Positions 8,361 through 18,242 are shown, counted from the stretch's first letter. The stretch: 46,382 bases of DNA from an uncultured Solirubrobacterales bacterium (GCA_937973575.1 CALJKH010000099.1:1-46382); one strand, 5' to 3'. Numbers and translations are program-made. The notes: generated by a model not told the origin, from the letters alone.

Positions 8361-9875
8361 TTAGTTCTCGATTGGGACTGTGACTTGCTGGGCACGAACC
8401 TTTGATCCCAGTGCGTAACCGACCACTGTGATCAAGAAGACAATCGCAAGGGTTCCCAAGGTCAACGCCTCGTAGGTGCCTTGGCTGGTTCCCCATGTTT
8501 CTGTGAAGTCGTACTTCACATTGAGGAGGCTCTCGAGGGTTCCAGGGAAGACTCCAACCCAGCTGCCTAGGGCTACCCAGAAGGTTGTCATTACTACCGC
8601 TGCGATCATCAAGCCATTGCCTGACCTGCCAACTCGGTACGGGCGCTCGACATGGCCATGGCTATAACGGAGCTTCAGTACCGCGGGGAAAATCCAGAGG
8701 TACGACATCAGCGTTGTTGAGATCGCAATCGTCAGCACGATGTAGAACTTCGAATCCTCACCGTTGTTGAACAGTGAGACCGCGGCGATCATGAATGCGG
8801 ATGAGAGCAGGCCGGAAAGGACATTCACCCGGACAGGCGTGCCCAAGCGGGCATTGAAGCGGCCAAAGTACGGAGCAAATGCTCCGTCGTAAGCAGCTAC
8901 CGCAAGGATGCGGTCGCCACCGATCATCCACACAGCACCTGAGGTAACGAGGGTGATGATGAATCCGATCGTGGCGAACTTCAGGAGGACGCTTGCCGCT
9001 CCGCCGTAAACGCTGAAGGTTGCCTTCACAGCGTCAAGGAAGCCACTGATTCCTGTGACCTTGTCAAGCGGAAGTGCAAGCAGGATGCAGAAGATCGGGA
9101 TGGCGTAAAGCAGTACGCCGGTGCTGCCACTTCGAATGAGCGACATCGGCACATCCTTTTGAGGGTCCTGCATCTCTTCAGCGGCGCCGTTCTGAAGCTC
9201 GAAGCCAACGTAGTTAAAGAGGAGCAGGGGGACAAGTGCGAGGAACACAGTCATCGTCGGCTTCATGTCGCCAAAGCCAAACATGTGGAAGCCGTGCTTG
9301 AAGCCGTAAATCACAGCGGTCACGGAGAAGAGGCCAAGAACAAGCACGCGCATGATCGCGCCAAGGTTGGGGATCCACTTACCGCGCTTCAGGGAGATGA
9401 TCGCAACACCGATTGAGATCCAGATGAAGATCAGCTTGAACGCGTAGTCCCAACCTGATCCTGGGGTGATGCTGGAGATGTTGTCGCTCCAAGCAGTCGT
9501 GGCGATGAAGGCCAGCGACCCACCGACCCAGAATGGGTTTGTTGCCCAGTAGAGGACAGCTGCGATCGCGCCCTGGAAGCGACCAAAGGCGAGCTTGACC
9601 CACTCGTAAGGGCCACCTTCCTCGGTGAACGCACTGCCAACTTCAGAGAGCAGAACCCCGTAAGGGAGGACGAACAGCGCGGCGAGAACAATCAACCACA
9701 GGAAGCCCTGCGGCCCGAAAGAGGCGACAAGGCCAAGGGTGTCCAAGCCGACGAAGGCGCAGATGGTGAACAGGGTCATGTCCAACCTGCGAAGGGACTT
9801 GACCAGCTTGCCCTTCTCCTCAACAGCGAGCGCTGTTGTCTGCTCTACGAGCTGCGGGTCAGTTCCTGTGCTCAC
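8361..9875 (-). CDS. APC-superfamily amino acid/polyamine permease
   Basis: 504 aa, about 12 hydrophobic helices, typical APC N-terminus (LRRLDMTLFTICAFVGLDTLG). GTG start preceded by GGAGG. Confidence 0.9.
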   Translation of the reverse strand: MSTGTDPQLVEQTTALAVEEKGKLVKSLRRLDMTLFTICAFVGLDTLGLVASFGPQGFLWLIVLAALFVLPYGVLLSEVGSAFTEEGGPYEWVKLAFGRFQGAIAAVLYWATNPFWVGGSLAFIATTAWSDNISSITPGSGWDYAFKLIFIWISIGVAIISLKRGKWIPNLGAIMRVLVLGLFSVTAVIYGFKHGFHMFGFGDMKPTMTVFLALVPLLLFNYVGFELQNGAAEEMQDPQKDVPMSLIRSGSTGVLLYAIPIFCILLALPLDKVTGISGFLDAVKATFSVYGGAASVLLKFATIGFIITLVTSGAVWMIGGDRILAVAAYDGAFAPYFGRFNARLGTPVRVNVLSGLLSSAFMIAAVSLFNNGEDSKFYIVLTIAISTTLMSYLWIFPAVLKLRYSHGHVERPYRVGRSGNGLMIAAVVMTTFWVALGSWVGVFPGTLESLLNVKYDFTETWGTSQGTYEALTLGTLAIVFLITVVGYALGSKVRAQQVTVPIEN

Positions 9876-9961
9876 TTAGGTGCCTCCTTGTTGGTTTTCT
9901 GCCCACAACCACTGGACTACTCGAATTTTCCGGGGTCAATCGGCGGCAGGGCGCCTCAGAG

Positions 9962-12900
9962 TCAAATGACGATAAAGGCGAAGACGCCCACAACGCCGGT
10001 TCCTGCGAACCGCGTGGCCCAGTTGTGGGAATCCTGCCCGCTACGGATTAGTGCCTCGCCAATCTTGATGAATAGAGGAATCACCAGCGAGAGCATGAAC
10101 GCCCACCGAAGTAGCTCCTTGGGGTCATGGAAGTCGCTGTGAATCAGGCTCACGATCAGCTTTGAGCCGCCCACAATCAAAACGATCTTGACTAGGTCCC
10201 TCGGGAGGAAGGGGTAGAGCCGACTCAAGTCAGGGAACCGTTCCTTTAGGAGAGGCATGGACTCAGCTGCTGCGTAGAGTCCTGTCGCCACATAGAGCTG
10301 CCAACACGAGCCGAGAAACTCGTGAACGATGAATGCGAACGCAGCCGAACGAAGAACAACTGACGGCCAAGAGAATGTCTTCTCTTGATGCGGAAGTCTG
10401 TCGGGGCAGGACTGCGACATTCGCTTCGGATACCACTGCGATGCAGCTGATTCCATGCCGACGCGCAGGCAGATAACGCCAGCCGCTACAAGCCGAATCA
10501 GCATGATGTTCTCCTCAATCCATGGCATTTCCTTGCCCGACAGGTTGGGGATCAGCTCCGCGAGCGTGCCTGCCAGCCAGAACGCGACGAGCGGGGCAAT
10601 CAGAAAGTCTCCAAGCCTCACCCATGTGAGGTGGGTCTTGTCAGTGCTGCCGTCCTCAAGGTTGCGGCGGTACGTCCGAATTTTCCCGACGATGATCGGC
10701 ACCGATATCCAGAGCACCGAAATGGAAACGACAAAGCGGACGTCCGCCGCTGAGGCGATCCCCTGACCCCAAGCCATCAGGCTGATGATGAATGTGAAGA
10801 GCGCGGCCGAGCCCCAAGAAGCATCAATAATCCCGATGGCAAGAATTGCGAGTAGCCATGGAAGGGCCGGTGCTGTCGTTTCGCCATGAGTCGACGCAGC
10901 AGCGTAGATGCCCGTGGCAAGTGATGCGAGCAGCCCGAGGACCCAGGTTGATCCAAACATTGCCCGGAGATGGGCGCCGTCTACAGCGATGCCCGCCAGA
11001 AGTGGGGATCTGCGAGCTAGCGCGAGCGGCGCCGCCACGCCGGCAGCATCAAGGGCGGCATGGCCCGGGGTCCTCCATGTTGATGAGAAGTCCCCTCGCG
11101 AAGCTCTCTCGTGGCCCGATGCTGAGGCCCGGTACTCGATCTTGCTCTCCTTGTGGCCTTCCTTAACATCGCCTTGGTGTCCGCTGGCCGATGAACCGCC
11201 GCCTGCGCCGCCCGCGCCGCCAGCTCCGGCTGCTCCGGCCGCTCCCGCTGCTGCGCCTGAGGCTGCGACCAGTGCAAGGCCTGCCGCAGCTGCGCCAACG
11301 GTCTTGACTGGGCCACTTAGTGGATCAGTGGCTGTTGCCTTGTCCTTCTGAGCAGCTGCTGTAACTGGTCCGGCAACCCCTGGCCCTGTCGGCGTCGTGA
11401 AGGTTGCGCCCGTATCCGGGGGCGCCACAGTGCCAGGGAGAGCGAAGGTGAGCCTCGACGAGCTTGAGTTATCACCCGAGTTGGTGTCAACTTCGTCTGA
11501 CCCGGTTACTGCTGCATCGACATTGCTTCGACCGGGGTTGTCGCTGCTGACCCGGACGTCAAGTCCAACCGTTCCACCGCTGGGGATGTTTGGAATTGTC
11601 CAAGTGTCACTGCCGGAGTCAAACGAGCCGCTGCCTGTATCTCCTCCCGTGACATGAGAGTTAGCGTCAGGGCTCACTTGCACTGTCACGTTGGTGGCAG
11701 CATCAGGACCGTGGTTTGCGAGGTCGAGGTGGACGGTTGCGTTTGCCCCAGTGTCAACCTGTCCTCCCGGTCCGTTGGAGCTGAGGGACAGTTCTGCCTG
11801 CGGCACGTGAACAGTTGCAAGTGCGAGGTTGTTGCTGGTTGAAGGGTCAAAGCGGCGCCCCTTCAGCAGGGTGACCTGAGGTTGAAGGGAGCCAACCGAT
11901 GAGACTTTGGCTTGCACTGTGAGGTGTGTTGCCTCGCCAACTTTCAGGCCGGGGGCGGACCATGTGCCGGTGGTCTGATTCCAAGTTCCAGCTTCAGGTT
12001 GGGCTGACAGGAGGCTGATCCCTTTCGGCATCGTCACCTGAACGTTGGCCGCAGCCGTTGGGTCAGGCCCAAGATTCTTCAGGGTTTCCTCAAGCGTCAC
12101 GGTGTCGCCCAAGTGCTTCGGCGGTGTCAGTAGATCCTCAGCCAGCGACATGTCGCTACTCAGCCCGTGGATTGAACTGGCGGTTGCATCGCCGACCGAG
12201 TTGGGGTCAATGCGAACAACCGATGCAAGCGAGGCAGAAATCGTTGAGTCCCCTGGCGCAGTTACGACGCCACTTACCTTCAGCGTGGCGCTGGTGCCAT
12301 CTCGAAGCGATGGGAGTGCCCAAGTATTTGATCCGTCGGTCCAAGTTCCCTTCGTCGGGGTGCCGCTCGTGACGCTGAGGGCTGGCGGAACCACAACTGC
12401 GATTGAGGCTCCCTGAGCCTCATCTGGACCACGGTTGAGGACTGTGACCTTGGCCCAGTATTGGTCCCCGACCTCTGCTGAAGGGGAGCTAAACGATTCA
12501 TATACCGACATGTCAGCCGTCGGCTTGACGCTGACCGGCGCTGTTGTCCGATTGTTGAGAGGAGAAAGGTCAGCTCCCTCAGTCGGGTCAACGCGAACGC
12601 TTAGGGCAGAGTTACCTGACTGGTAACCGGTTACTGGAACAGTGAAGGTGGCTGTGGCCCCTGCGGCAAGCGGGCCGATGTTGAGTACTCCATCGCCTGA
12701 GTTGAAACCTGACGGGAAGACCCCATCAGGCGAGAAGATCAGACTCGACGGAAGAGTGATCGTTACTTTTGAGGCGCTGGCATCGGCGAGGCCAACGTTC
12801 GAAACGGTGATCTGAAGTTTGGCTGTCCCACCAATTGCTAGCTGGGACTGGTCGATGTTTGCGCTTAAGGCAAGGTCAATGTTGGGCGCCAGCATTGAGT

Positions 12901-13363
12901 TGCTGTTTGGGCGCAGGGGCCGCTGAATGCGACGGTTTGAGGGTGCTTCAGTTGGATCGTTAACCGGCTGCGAATCGGAAGGTGGTGAAGTCTCGCCATC
13001 TCCGTTGTCTGGACCTTGGTCTTTTGGATTCCGGGGGTGATGTGGTGGTTTCGGCTGCTGAGTTGTCTCGGTGGGGTTTGTTGTTGGAACCTCGGGTTCC
13101 GGAGTGGTTGTAGTGGGCGGGATGTCCGGGTTTGAAGTGTCGCCCCCTGAGGCTGGGTCTTCAGGCTGCGGCTCGGCGGGAGCCGCAGGATCGGTGGCAT
13201 TCGAGTTCGAAGTGTCGGGGCTGTCAGTTCCAGGAAGGACTTGGTAGCGGCTCACGCTTGCGACTGCTTGCGAGCAGAGAGCAACTAGGGCGAGTGCGAG
13301 CAGGAGTAACCCTGCTGCGCGTCGCAGCCTTAGCTTCGGTGATTTTGATTCGGCCTTCTTCAC
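9962..13363 (-). CDS. Large surface protein: signal peptide, Pro/Thr-rich spacer, four DUF11/CARDB-like repeats, then C-terminal ~10-helix membrane domain of unknown family
   Basis: 1133 aa. Repeat signatures are [63 protein letters not shown] and [18 protein letters not shown]. Residues ~688-1133 are hydrophobic helices separated by short charged loops. The GTG start overlaps the stop of the upstream gene (GTGA). Confidence 0.85.
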   Translation of the reverse strand: MKKAESKSPKLRLRRAAGLLLLALALVALCSQAVASVSRYQVLPGTDSPDTSNSNATDPAAPAEPQPEDPASGGDTSNPDIPPTTTTPEPEVPTTNPTETTQQPKPPHHPRNPKDQGPDNGDGETSPPSDSQPVNDPTEAPSNRRIQRPLRPNSNSMLAPNIDLALSANIDQSQLAIGGTAKLQITVSNVGLADASASKVTITLPSSLIFSPDGVFPSGFNSGDGVLNIGPLAAGATATFTVPVTGYQSGNSALSVRVDPTEGADLSPLNNRTTAPVSVKPTADMSVYESFSSPSAEVGDQYWAKVTVLNRGPDEAQGASIAVVVPPALSVTSGTPTKGTWTDGSNTWALPSLRDGTSATLKVSGVVTAPGDSTISASLASVVRIDPNSVGDATASSIHGLSSDMSLAEDLLTPPKHLGDTVTLEETLKNLGPDPTAAANVQVTMPKGISLLSAQPEAGTWNQTTGTWSAPGLKVGEATHLTVQAKVSSVGSLQPQVTLLKGRRFDPSTSNNLALATVHVPQAELSLSSNGPGGQVDTGANATVHLDLANHGPDAATNVTVQVSPDANSHVTGGDTGSGSFDSGSDTWTIPNIPSGGTVGLDVRVSSDNPGRSNVDAAVTGSDEVDTNSGDNSSSSRLTFALPGTVAPPDTGATFTTPTGPGVAGPVTAAAQKDKATATDPLSGPVKTVGAAAAGLALVAASGAAAGAAGAAGAGGAGGAGGGSSASGHQGDVKEGHKESKIEYRASASGHERASRGDFSSTWRTPGHAALDAAGVAAPLALARRSPLLAGIAVDGAHLRAMFGSTWVLGLLASLATGIYAAASTHGETTAPALPWLLAILAIGIIDASWGSAALFTFIISLMAWGQGIASAADVRFVVSISVLWISVPIIVGKIRTYRRNLEDGSTDKTHLTWVRLGDFLIAPLVAFWLAGTLAELIPNLSGKEMPWIEENIMLIRLVAAGVICLRVGMESAASQWYPKRMSQSCPDRLPHQEKTFSWPSVVLRSAAFAFIVHEFLGSCWQLYVATGLYAAAESMPLLKERFPDLSRLYPFLPRDLVKIVLIVGGSKLIVSLIHSDFHDPKELLRWAFMLSLVIPLFIKIGEALIRSGQDSHNWATRFAGTGVVGVFAFIVI

Positions 13364-16263
13364 TTCACCCTGAGTAGGACGCTGTACGACTTGCCGGTAC
13401 CGAGCTTGATCGTCAGCTTGTAAGTACCACGGGTTAGCTTTCGACCAAGCGCAGCGGCGGCTGGAATTCCGCGGCGAAGTTTAACTTTGCCACCCGCCAC
13501 AAGACGCTTGCCCTTGTGAACGGCAAAGGCCGCCCGAGATGCCGTTGTGGCGCCTTCAGTCGTCCATGCGTAAGAAGGGAAGTAGAGGCTGCACTTTGCC
13601 TTTGCGGACGAGGTGTTCTTACACACGATCATGGTCCCGGTCCCCGGGGCTCCGGCTGGTCCCTGTGCTCCCGTCTCTCCCCGGGGTCCCCTGGGTCCCG
13701 CTGGCCCAGTTGCGCCAGTTGAGCCCTTCGCTCCGGTGTCGCCCTTGTCGCCGGTGTCGCCCTTGGCGCCCTTTGCTCCAGTCGCACCTGTTTCACCCTT
13801 GGCGCCAGTTGAGCCCTTTGCGCCGGTGTCGCCCTTGTCGCCGGTGTCGCCCTTGGCGCCCTTTGCTCCAGTTGCACCTGTTTCACCCTTGGCGCCTGTG
13901 TCGCCCTTTGCGCCCGTCGCCCCCTTTGCGCCGACGAGGTTGGTGCCTGTGGTCGGCCATTTGCCTGCGGCTTTTGGCCCGTACATCACACCTGTGTCTG
14001 AGCGGAAGTACCAGTCGCCATCTACGCCGCCTGTTGGCGCTGTAGTGCCAGTCAGGATTTGAGCCCCATCTGCGCCTGTTTCGCCTGTTGCTCCCGTCGC
14101 ACCGGTCGCGCCAGTCGCGCCGGTGGCTCCGGTGTCGCCCTTAGCTCCAACGAGACTTGTGCCAGTGTTGGGCCAGGCTCCAGCTGCCTTCGGGCCGTAC
14201 ATGACTCCTGTGTCTGAACGGAAGTACAAGTCACCGTCAGATCCTCCGGTTGGGGCAGTCGTGCCAGTGAGGATTCTGGTGCCTGGGTCACCCTTAGCTC
14301 CGGCCGCACCGGTAGCACCTGTGTCGCCCTTGGCTCCGGTCGCTCCCGTTGCACCGGTGTCGCCCTTGGCTCCGGCGACTCCTGTTGCTCCCTTGGCGCC
14401 AACCAGGGTTGTGCCTGTCGTTGGCCACACTCCCGCTGCCTTCGGGCCGTACATGACGCCCGTGTCTGAGCGGAAGTACCAGTCGCCGTCAACTCCGCCT
14501 GTTGGCGCCGTCGTACCGGAGAGAATCTTTGCTCCCTGGTCGCCCTTGGCTCCGGTTGCGCCGGTTGAGCCCGTTGCTCCCTTTGCGCCGACGAGGTTGG
14601 TGCCTGTCGTTGGCCATTTGCCGGCGGCCTTGGGGCCGTACATGACGCCCGTGTCTGTGCGGAAGTACCAGTCGCCGTCAACTCCGCCTGTTGGTGCTGT
14701 GGTGCCGGAGAGGATTACTGAGCCGTCAGCTCCTGCAGCGCCAGTGTCGCCCTTGGCGCCTGTTGCGCCTGTTGCTCCCGTCGCCCCCTTTGCACCGACA
14801 AGGCTTGTCCCGGCTGTTGGCCAGATCCCACTGGCCTTTGGGCCATACATGACGCCTGTGTCTGAGCGGAAGTACCAGTCGCCGTCAACGCCGCCTGTTG
14901 GCGCTGTGGTGCCAGTGATGATTCGAGTTCCCACCTCACCCTTGGCTCCGGTATCGCCCTTGGCTCCCGTTGCGCCTGTTGCGCCAGTCGCCCCGGTGTC
15001 GCCCTTTGGGCCTGTCGGGGCAATCATGCCAATCGCGCTTAGAGCAACGTTGATGCTTCCAGCAAGAGTGTTGACTGGTACTGCGACAGTTGCCGCGCGA
15101 GCACCGAGAACCGAGGGAGTCATCCGCACCTCAATCCCGCAGCTTTGCCCTGGAAGGAGTGTTTGCCCGTTGCAGCTGTCAGTAACGATTGAGAAGTCGG
15201 CTGCTGCTGCGCCAGAGAGCGTCGCTGCCCCAGGCTGAAGGCTCTCTGCGAGGAACGCAGGTGAGGTGTTCCTCACGGTGACGGTCAGAGTCGCGCTTCT
15301 GCGACTGATCGTTACATCTCCAAAGTCGACCGGGTTAGCGGCCGCCGAGACCATGGTGGATGAGAGAGCGCTTGGCACCGTCCGTTGCCCATATGAGTTA
15401 CTTCCCCAGCAGACAACGAGTCCTGTCGTGCGAACGCCACAGCTGTGGGCAATACCTGCGGTGACCGAGACAAACTGACCGCTTGGAGCTGTTGCCTGAC
15501 CAAATGTGTTGGTGCCCCAACATGTGATCGTCCCGTCGATACCGAGGGCACACCCATGCCCGTCACCAACAGCGAGTTGGCTGAACTTTCCCTTTGGCAC
15601 ACCCGAAGAAATCGTTGACGAACCCGTTCCCCAGCAAACGATTGACCCAATCGATCGGGCGGCGCACCCAACGCCATCTCCGAGCGACAAGGCTGTGAAC
15701 GCGCCTGCCGGTGGTGAGCTCTGGTTCCGAGCGTTGTCGCCCCAGCAGGACAAGGTCCTGTCGGCCGCGATCGCACACGCGTTGTCGAATCCAGCCGAAA
15801 CATGCTCAAATTGCCCTGCTGGCGGCGATGACTGTTTAACAGTGTTGTCGCCAAAGCAGGAGAGTGTCCCGTCGTCGCCGACACCACATGTGTTCGTCGA
15901 CCCAGCCGCAAGTTCCACATAGTTCGTGGATGCCGGAGGAGTTGTCCTGCCAGCGGTGTTGTCACCCCAGCAGGATGCAACGCCTGCGGAGTTCAGGCCG
16001 CAAGCATGCGCGTACCCAAGGGTCACAGAGCTGAAGGCCGTTGACGGAGGAGCAGTCTGTGTCCTGTCGTTGCGTCCCCAACAAGCAACCTTCTGGTTTG
16101 TGTCGGCTGCGCAGGTGAAGTAACCCCCGGCAGATACCGACGGCAGTGACGACGCGTTTGCTGAAGGTGAGATCACCATCAGGGCAACCGCAGTCAGCAG
16201 AAACGCAAGCGCAGCCTTTCGGTTGAGTTGGACGGGGGGTAGTCCGGCAGTGCAGGTGTGCAT
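13360..16263 (-). CDS. Secreted RCC1-like beta-propeller / Ig-like / collagen-like triple-helix repeat protein
   Basis: 984-aa track ORF (GTG 16314); I prefer ATG 16263 (GAAGGA upstream; signal ...[21 protein letters not shown]). Seven blades carry the C-W/F-G motif (VACWGRN, ASCWGDN, LSCFGDN, LSCWGDN, IVCWGTG, ITCWGTN, VVCWGSN). Residues 434-893 are G-X-Y triplets ([13 protein letters not shown]...) with five inserted modules. Confidence 0.85.
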   Translation of the reverse strand: MHTCTAGLPPVQLNRKAALAFLLTAVALMVISPSANASSLPSVSAGGYFTCAADTNQKVACWGRNDRTQTAPPSTAFSSVTLGYAHACGLNSAGVASCWGDNTAGRTTPPASTNYVELAAGSTNTCGVGDDGTLSCFGDNTVKQSSPPAGQFEHVSAGFDNACAIAADRTLSCWGDNARNQSSPPAGAFTALSLGDGVGCAARSIGSIVCWGTGSSTISSGVPKGKFSQLAVGDGHGCALGIDGTITCWGTNTFGQATAPSGQFVSVTAGIAHSCGVRTTGLVVCWGSNSYGQRTVPSALSSTMVSAAANPVDFGDVTISRRSATLTVTVRNTSPAFLAESLQPGAATLSGAAAADFSIVTDSCNGQTLLPGQSCGIEVRMTPSVLGARAATVAVPVNTLAGSINVALSAIGMIAPTGPKGDTGATGATGATGAKGDTGAKGEVGTRIITGTTAPTGGVDGDWYFRSDTGVMYGPKASGIWPTAGTSLVGAKGATGATGATGAKGDTGAAGADGSVILSGTTAPTGGVDGDWYFRTDTGVMYGPKAAGKWPTTGTNLVGAKGATGSTGATGAKGDQGAKILSGTTAPTGGVDGDWYFRSDTGVMYGPKAAGVWPTTGTTLVGAKGATGVAGAKGDTGATGATGAKGDTGATGAAGAKGDPGTRILTGTTAPTGGSDGDLYFRSDTGVMYGPKAAGAWPNTGTSLVGAKGDTGATGATGATGATGATGETGADGAQILTGTTAPTGGVDGDWYFRSDTGVMYGPKAAGKWPTTGTNLVGAKGATGAKGDTGAKGETGATGAKGAKGDTGDKGDTGAKGSTGAKGETGATGAKGAKGDTGDKGDTGAKGSTGATGPAGPRGPRGETGAQGPAGAPGTGTMIVCKNTSSAKAKCSLYFPSYAWTTEGATTASRAAFAVHKGKRLVAGGKVKLRRGIPAAAALGRKLTRGTYKLTIKLGTGKSYSVLLRVK
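13636..15015 (-). repeat. Coding repeat region: collagen G-X-Y triplet tracts interrupted by five copies of a 44-aa module (about 132 nt each)
   Basis: The module I/L[10 protein letters not shown]/[21 protein letters not shown]-x-G-x-W-P starts at residues 463, 532, 596, 679 and 752 of the track ORF. Spacing between copies is unequal because the number of G-X-Y triplets differs. Confidence 0.9.
13714..13893 (-). repeat. Near-identical tandem duplication of a 90-nt unit (30 aa [30 protein letters not shown] x2)
   Basis: 13714-13803 and 13804-13893 differ at only a few bases (cccttcgctcc vs ccctttgcgcc; agtcgc vs agttgc). Confidence 0.9.
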
Positions 16264-16329
16264 TGCACCAATTCCTTCGTCTGTGTGGGTGGGTGTGAAA
16301 CCCCCATAGTCCACCAGAGAGCGAAGGCC

Positions 16330-16378
16330 GAAATATTGCGAAACGGTTAACGCACCCTAGGCTAGGGCGCGTTAACCG
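16330..16378 (-). terminator. Strong hairpin terminator after the copper-protein gene
   Basis: Perfect 10-bp arms CGGTTAACGC (16344-16353) and GCGTTAACCG (16369-16378), with further inner pairing. On the minus strand the hairpin is followed by TTTCGCAATATTTC. Confidence 0.65.
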
Positions 16379-16397
16379 CTCAGTTTTCGACCGGCGA

Positions 16398-18089
16398 CTA
16401 CTTAACTACGCGGAATGCGCCACGCATGAATGGATGCACGCGACAGAAGTACGTGTAAGTGCCCGGGGCGAGGTCGGTAGGCGTTGTCCAGGTTCGGCGT
16501 TGCGCTGCTGCCGTTCCAGGAAGTGTCCATCCGAATCCAAGCTGGCCTGAGTCAAAGATTCTCGGACCATTAGCGAGTGGATAGGAAAGGCCCGTTTCCT
16601 TGTTACATGGCGACTGGCAGTTGGTGATCGAGTGGTAGATGTCAGCAAGGACTGCCTTCGGGCCAGCATCAAGGTTCCGGAAGGTCAGGGATTGACCTTG
16701 CTTAACCACAGGTGGGCGGGCCTTGGTGCCTGAGGAGCTCAGGTCGCCGTATTGGTAGACGAAGTTCTTGATGTAGACGGTGTTGGCTGCCGGAGTTGCT
16801 CCGTTGGGCAGCTTCCGCGCATCGTTGAGCGTCGTCACCTTGCCGCCGTAGAAGTGGTTCTCCGGGTAGGAGGTATGAGTCACATGGCCCTTGTCCCACG
16901 GAATAGCTGTGGTGAACGGGTCAACTCCCTCAGCGTTGGGATCAACAGTTCCGTTGGTCCGGTTGATCTCAGACCAGACAACATCGATACCCATCGACTC
17001 ATACCAAGACGCCTTGGTCGTGTCATAGGTGGCTGAAATGACAAGTTTGTCCTTCGGCTTGATGTGGATCTTCCAGTCGGCTGGCGTCGCCTGCATTGCG
17101 AGATCCCATGACACTGGGCCAGACGGGTCGTAGTAGACAGCGTTCGAACGGAAGAGTCGAGCCGAGTTGGTGTAGTCACCTGGCTGCGGGCTCGTTGGAG
17201 TTGGGTCTGTGAGGCTCGAGTCGCGGATCACCTGAATGTCGGTGCGCAGTCCACCAGGGTGGACATGGCCGGCAGTGGCCAGGAGCGTGAGGTCGAGGTT
17301 CTCATTCCACTTATTTGGCTCGTAGTTGAGACCGGCATATGGATTGGTGAACTGGTCCGGATAGGTGATGGTGCCGTTGCTGCCAGTGTTCTGGAAGGCG
17401 TTAAACACTGGGTAGCCGCTGCCGCGCTGAACATCAAGCCAAAGTGGCCATGCTGGCTTGAGCGTCCGACCGAGTGTTGAGTCCATTGCTACCCAGTCAA
17501 GGTCGTAGACGATCTTGCCCTTGATTGTTGCTGGGGTGAGGTTGTGGATCATGTCGTTGATGATCCAGTTCTGATCCGAGTAGACGGGGTAGCCATAACC
17601 GGCTGGGAGCTGGCTGATTGTCTTCTCCTCACCAGCGCCGAACGGAAGGTTGAACCCGCTCGCAGGCGCACGGTTCTGAGGGTCCATCCACACCATGTGG
17701 TGCAGGTGGATGATGTCCGTGCGTGGTACGCGGTCGTTGGCAGGGTTGTTGTCGTTGTCCTGCAAAACAAGGTTTGGCGCCATGCGGACGAGGTAGAAGT
17801 TGCCGGGTGGCTTGGGGATCGGTCCACCGTTAACGGTGGTTGTGAGCTTGTTGACGTTGGCGCCAGGAAGGATCGTGATCGGAATCTCGTAGCGCGTGCG
17901 CGTGTAGCCAGCAGCTGGGGGAGCCATCGTTGGCTGAGCGGTCGACATTGAGGAGGAGGAGGCGAGCATTGCCCTCTGGAAAGCGGCGCTCTTCCCGTCA
18001 ACTGACGACGACGCTGCTGGCGCTGCTGCGAGCAGAACTACTCCAGCGATTGACAGTGAACGGCCGACGGCCTTGGTGCTACGCCTCAT
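16398..18089 (-). CDS. Secreted copper protein: N-terminal domain with PHM/DBH-like His/Met motifs plus C-terminal amicyanin-like cupredoxin domain
   Basis: Track ORF is 637 aa. The likely start is ATG 18089 (AGGAGA upstream; signal MRRSTKAVGRSLSIAGVVLLAAAPAASS). C-terminal type-1 Cu motif YHSIT ... YFCRVHPFMRGAFRVV. The N-terminal domain carries HLHHM, IHN, HVH and ESM motifs. Confidence 0.85.
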   Translation of the reverse strand: MRRSTKAVGRSLSIAGVVLLAAAPAASSSVDGKSAAFQRAMLASSSSMSTAQPTMAPPAAGYTRTRYEIPITILPGANVNKLTTTVNGGPIPKPPGNFYLVRMAPNLVLQDNDNNPANDRVPRTDIIHLHHMVWMDPQNRAPASGFNLPFGAGEEKTISQLPAGYGYPVYSDQNWIINDMIHNLTPATIKGKIVYDLDWVAMDSTLGRTLKPAWPLWLDVQRGSGYPVFNAFQNTGSNGTITYPDQFTNPYAGLNYEPNKWNENLDLTLLATAGHVHPGGLRTDIQVIRDSSLTDPTPTSPQPGDYTNSARLFRSNAVYYDPSGPVSWDLAMQATPADWKIHIKPKDKLVISATYDTTKASWYESMGIDVVWSEINRTNGTVDPNAEGVDPFTTAIPWDKGHVTHTSYPENHFYGGKVTTLNDARKLPNGATPAANTVYIKNFVYQYGDLSSSGTKARPPVVKQGQSLTFRNLDAGPKAVLADIYHSITNCQSPCNKETGLSYPLANGPRIFDSGQLGFGWTLPGTAAAQRRTWTTPTDLAPGTYTYFCRVHPFMRGAFRVVK

Positions 18090-18107
18090 GAATTCTCCTA
18101 TTCCCCG

Positions 18108-18124
18108 GGTGTCACCGTGACACC
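18108..18124. promoter_or_regulatory. 17-bp palindrome GGTGTCAC-C-GTGACACC, candidate operator
   Basis: Lies 19 nt upstream of ATG 18089, in the divergent region shared with the DUF427 gene. The core 13-mer GTCACCGTGACAC recurs at 38791-38803. Confidence 0.3.
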
Positions 18125-18242
18125 ACAGCTGGAACCGTACACCAATCCGTACCCCGCTACAAAGGCTTAAGTGACGGCCTTCATGTCGCCGAGTCTCACT
18201 CGTGTGTACCGTCGGTGTTAAGGCAAACAAGGAGGCTGGCAA

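Noticed and set aside
13636-15015. Possibility that the short DNA repeats are a CRISPR array or a non-coding satellite
   Set aside because: The repeats have a 9-nt (G-X-Y) periodicity, lie entirely inside one uninterrupted 984-codon frame, and lack unique spacers of constant length. No cas genes are present.
14123-15238. 371-aa plus-strand ORF (and others at 13539-14062, 14052-14681, 14715-15023) across the collagen-like region
   Set aside because: These are antisense or off-frame readings of the G-X-Y codon repeats (APVSPLAPV...). Stop codons are rare in this repetitive GC-rich tract, so long spurious ORFs are expected.
13360-16314. Collagen-like repeat protein as a prophage tail fibre
   Set aside because: I found no capsid, terminase, integrase, tail or lysis genes anywhere in the window. 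The neighbours are ordinary envelope genes, and the protein has a Sec-type signal peptide.
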